From IMG/VR virus record IMGVR_UViG_3300044448_008510, positions 1 through 27,892 of that record: a DNA stretch of 27,892 nucleotides. One strand, written 5' to 3'. The translations under genes and the position numbers were made by a program. The DNA comes from a virus. Its lineage: Duplodnaviria; Caudoviricetes. This document shows, in pieces, positions 27,340 through 27,892 of this stretch; positions within the stretch are counted from its first letter, which is position 1; each line of letters begins with the position of its first letter. The notes beneath the pieces were generated by a model. The model had not been told where the DNA came from. It worked only from the letters and a program-made list of their open reading frames with translations, and did not search any database.

Positions 27340-27892
27340 ATCACTTGTGGTTTTTTTATTTCAATTATTTTTGCTAATGCACTTGCGATATTGACTTCCT
27401 TATCAATACGAAAGTTAGAATGATATTGATGCTCATTCAAAATTATTGCTATACTTCCTTCTCTACCAATGGCATATTCCGAAGCATGATCAAATAATGC
27501 TCTATATAATTCTTCAAAATCACGTACTTGAGAATCGGCTATTATTTGTCTTAATTTTCTAAAATCGGTTTTCTTTAGTTTTAGCTCTTCTATAATCTGT
27601 TTTATATAGTTTGATGATACTAAAATAGATTCATCCAATACTAATTCATTATCCTTAGTTGATAACTGAATTGTATTTAGCATTTTTCGTATATCCGGAT
27701 GATGTTTATTAACTATGTTAACAAGAGCTTCAATTTCGAACTTTGTTTGTTCTTTATCTAGTATCTCTTTTATGTGTTTTGCTACTTCTTTTTTACTTGG
27801 TGGTACTATTTTTAATGTTTGGCACCTTGATTGAAGCGGATCTATAATACGCTCTATAAAATTACAAGTGAGGATAAAACGTGTGTTACGTT
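27336..27892 (-). CDS. Sliding-clamp loader ATPase subunit (RFC-small/T4 gp44-like); 5' end outside the window
   Basis: The frame stays open upstream of the track's ATG at 27683: RNTRFILTCNFIERIIDPLQSRCQTLKIVPPSKKEV...HPDIRKMLNTIQ. This includes the SRC arginine finger and sensor-2 motifs. Confidence 0.92.
   Translation of the reverse strand, partial: RNTRFILTCNFIERIIDPLQSRCQTLKIVPPSKKEVAKHIKEILDKEQTKFEIEALVNIVNKHHPDIRKMLNTIQLSTKDNELVLDESILVSSNYIKQIIEELKLKKTDFRKLRQIIADSQVRDFEELYRALFDHASEYAIGREGSIAIILNEHQYHSNFRIDKEVNIASALAKIIEIKKPQVI

Noticed and set aside
27336-27683. 115-aa ORF as a standalone gene
   Set aside because: The frame is open to the window edge and contains the SRC motif upstream; the ATG at 27683 is internal.
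1-27892. Eukaryotic giant virus (NCLDV) origin, suggested by RFC-like and GT29 genes
   Set aside because: Operon-like overlapping genes on one strand plus RHH, Nmad1 and gp62-like genes point to a prokaryotic virus.
1-27892. tRNAs, structured ncRNAs, intrinsic terminators, phase-variable homopolymer tracts
   Set aside because: Intergenic gaps are at most about 50 nt with no GC-rich hairpins. The short A/T runs are expected at this composition and do not break reading frames.

Overview
Very AT-rich, almost gap-free window. All credible genes lie on the minus strand in one co-directional string with ATGA/TAATG overlaps and no obvious Shine-Dalgarno motifs. Transcription runs right to left. The right end (about 23.9-27.9 kb) looks like a large-phage replication neighbourhood: RFC/T4-gp44-like clamp-loader ATPase (partial), gp62-like subunit, DUF1599/Nmad1, Cas4/RecB-like PD-(D/E)xK nuclease and a ribbon-helix-helix protein, with a short NDP-sugar dehydrogenase in the middle. 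It runs straight into a glycosylation island of at least 24 kb. The island holds about 11 putative glycosyltransferases (GT4 x2, GT2, GT9-like, DUF616, GT8, GT11, GT29 and three orphan GT-A-like proteins). It also encodes GDP-fucose synthesis (gmd, fcl), nonulosonic-acid synthesis (neuA, two neuB) and many tailoring enzymes: a split and order-swapped carbamoyltransferase, FkbM methyltransferase, a reductase-cupin-C-methyltransferase fusion, two 2OG-Fe(II) dioxygenases, a formyltransferase, an SDR and an ATP-grasp ligase. No membrane, export or lipid-carrier proteins are visible. My best inference is a large bacteriophage, possibly of Bacteroidota, encoding a soluble glycosylation system (virion protein or DNA acceptor) that includes a eukaryote-type GT29 sialyltransferase. 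All family calls come from motifs recognised by eye; no searches were run.
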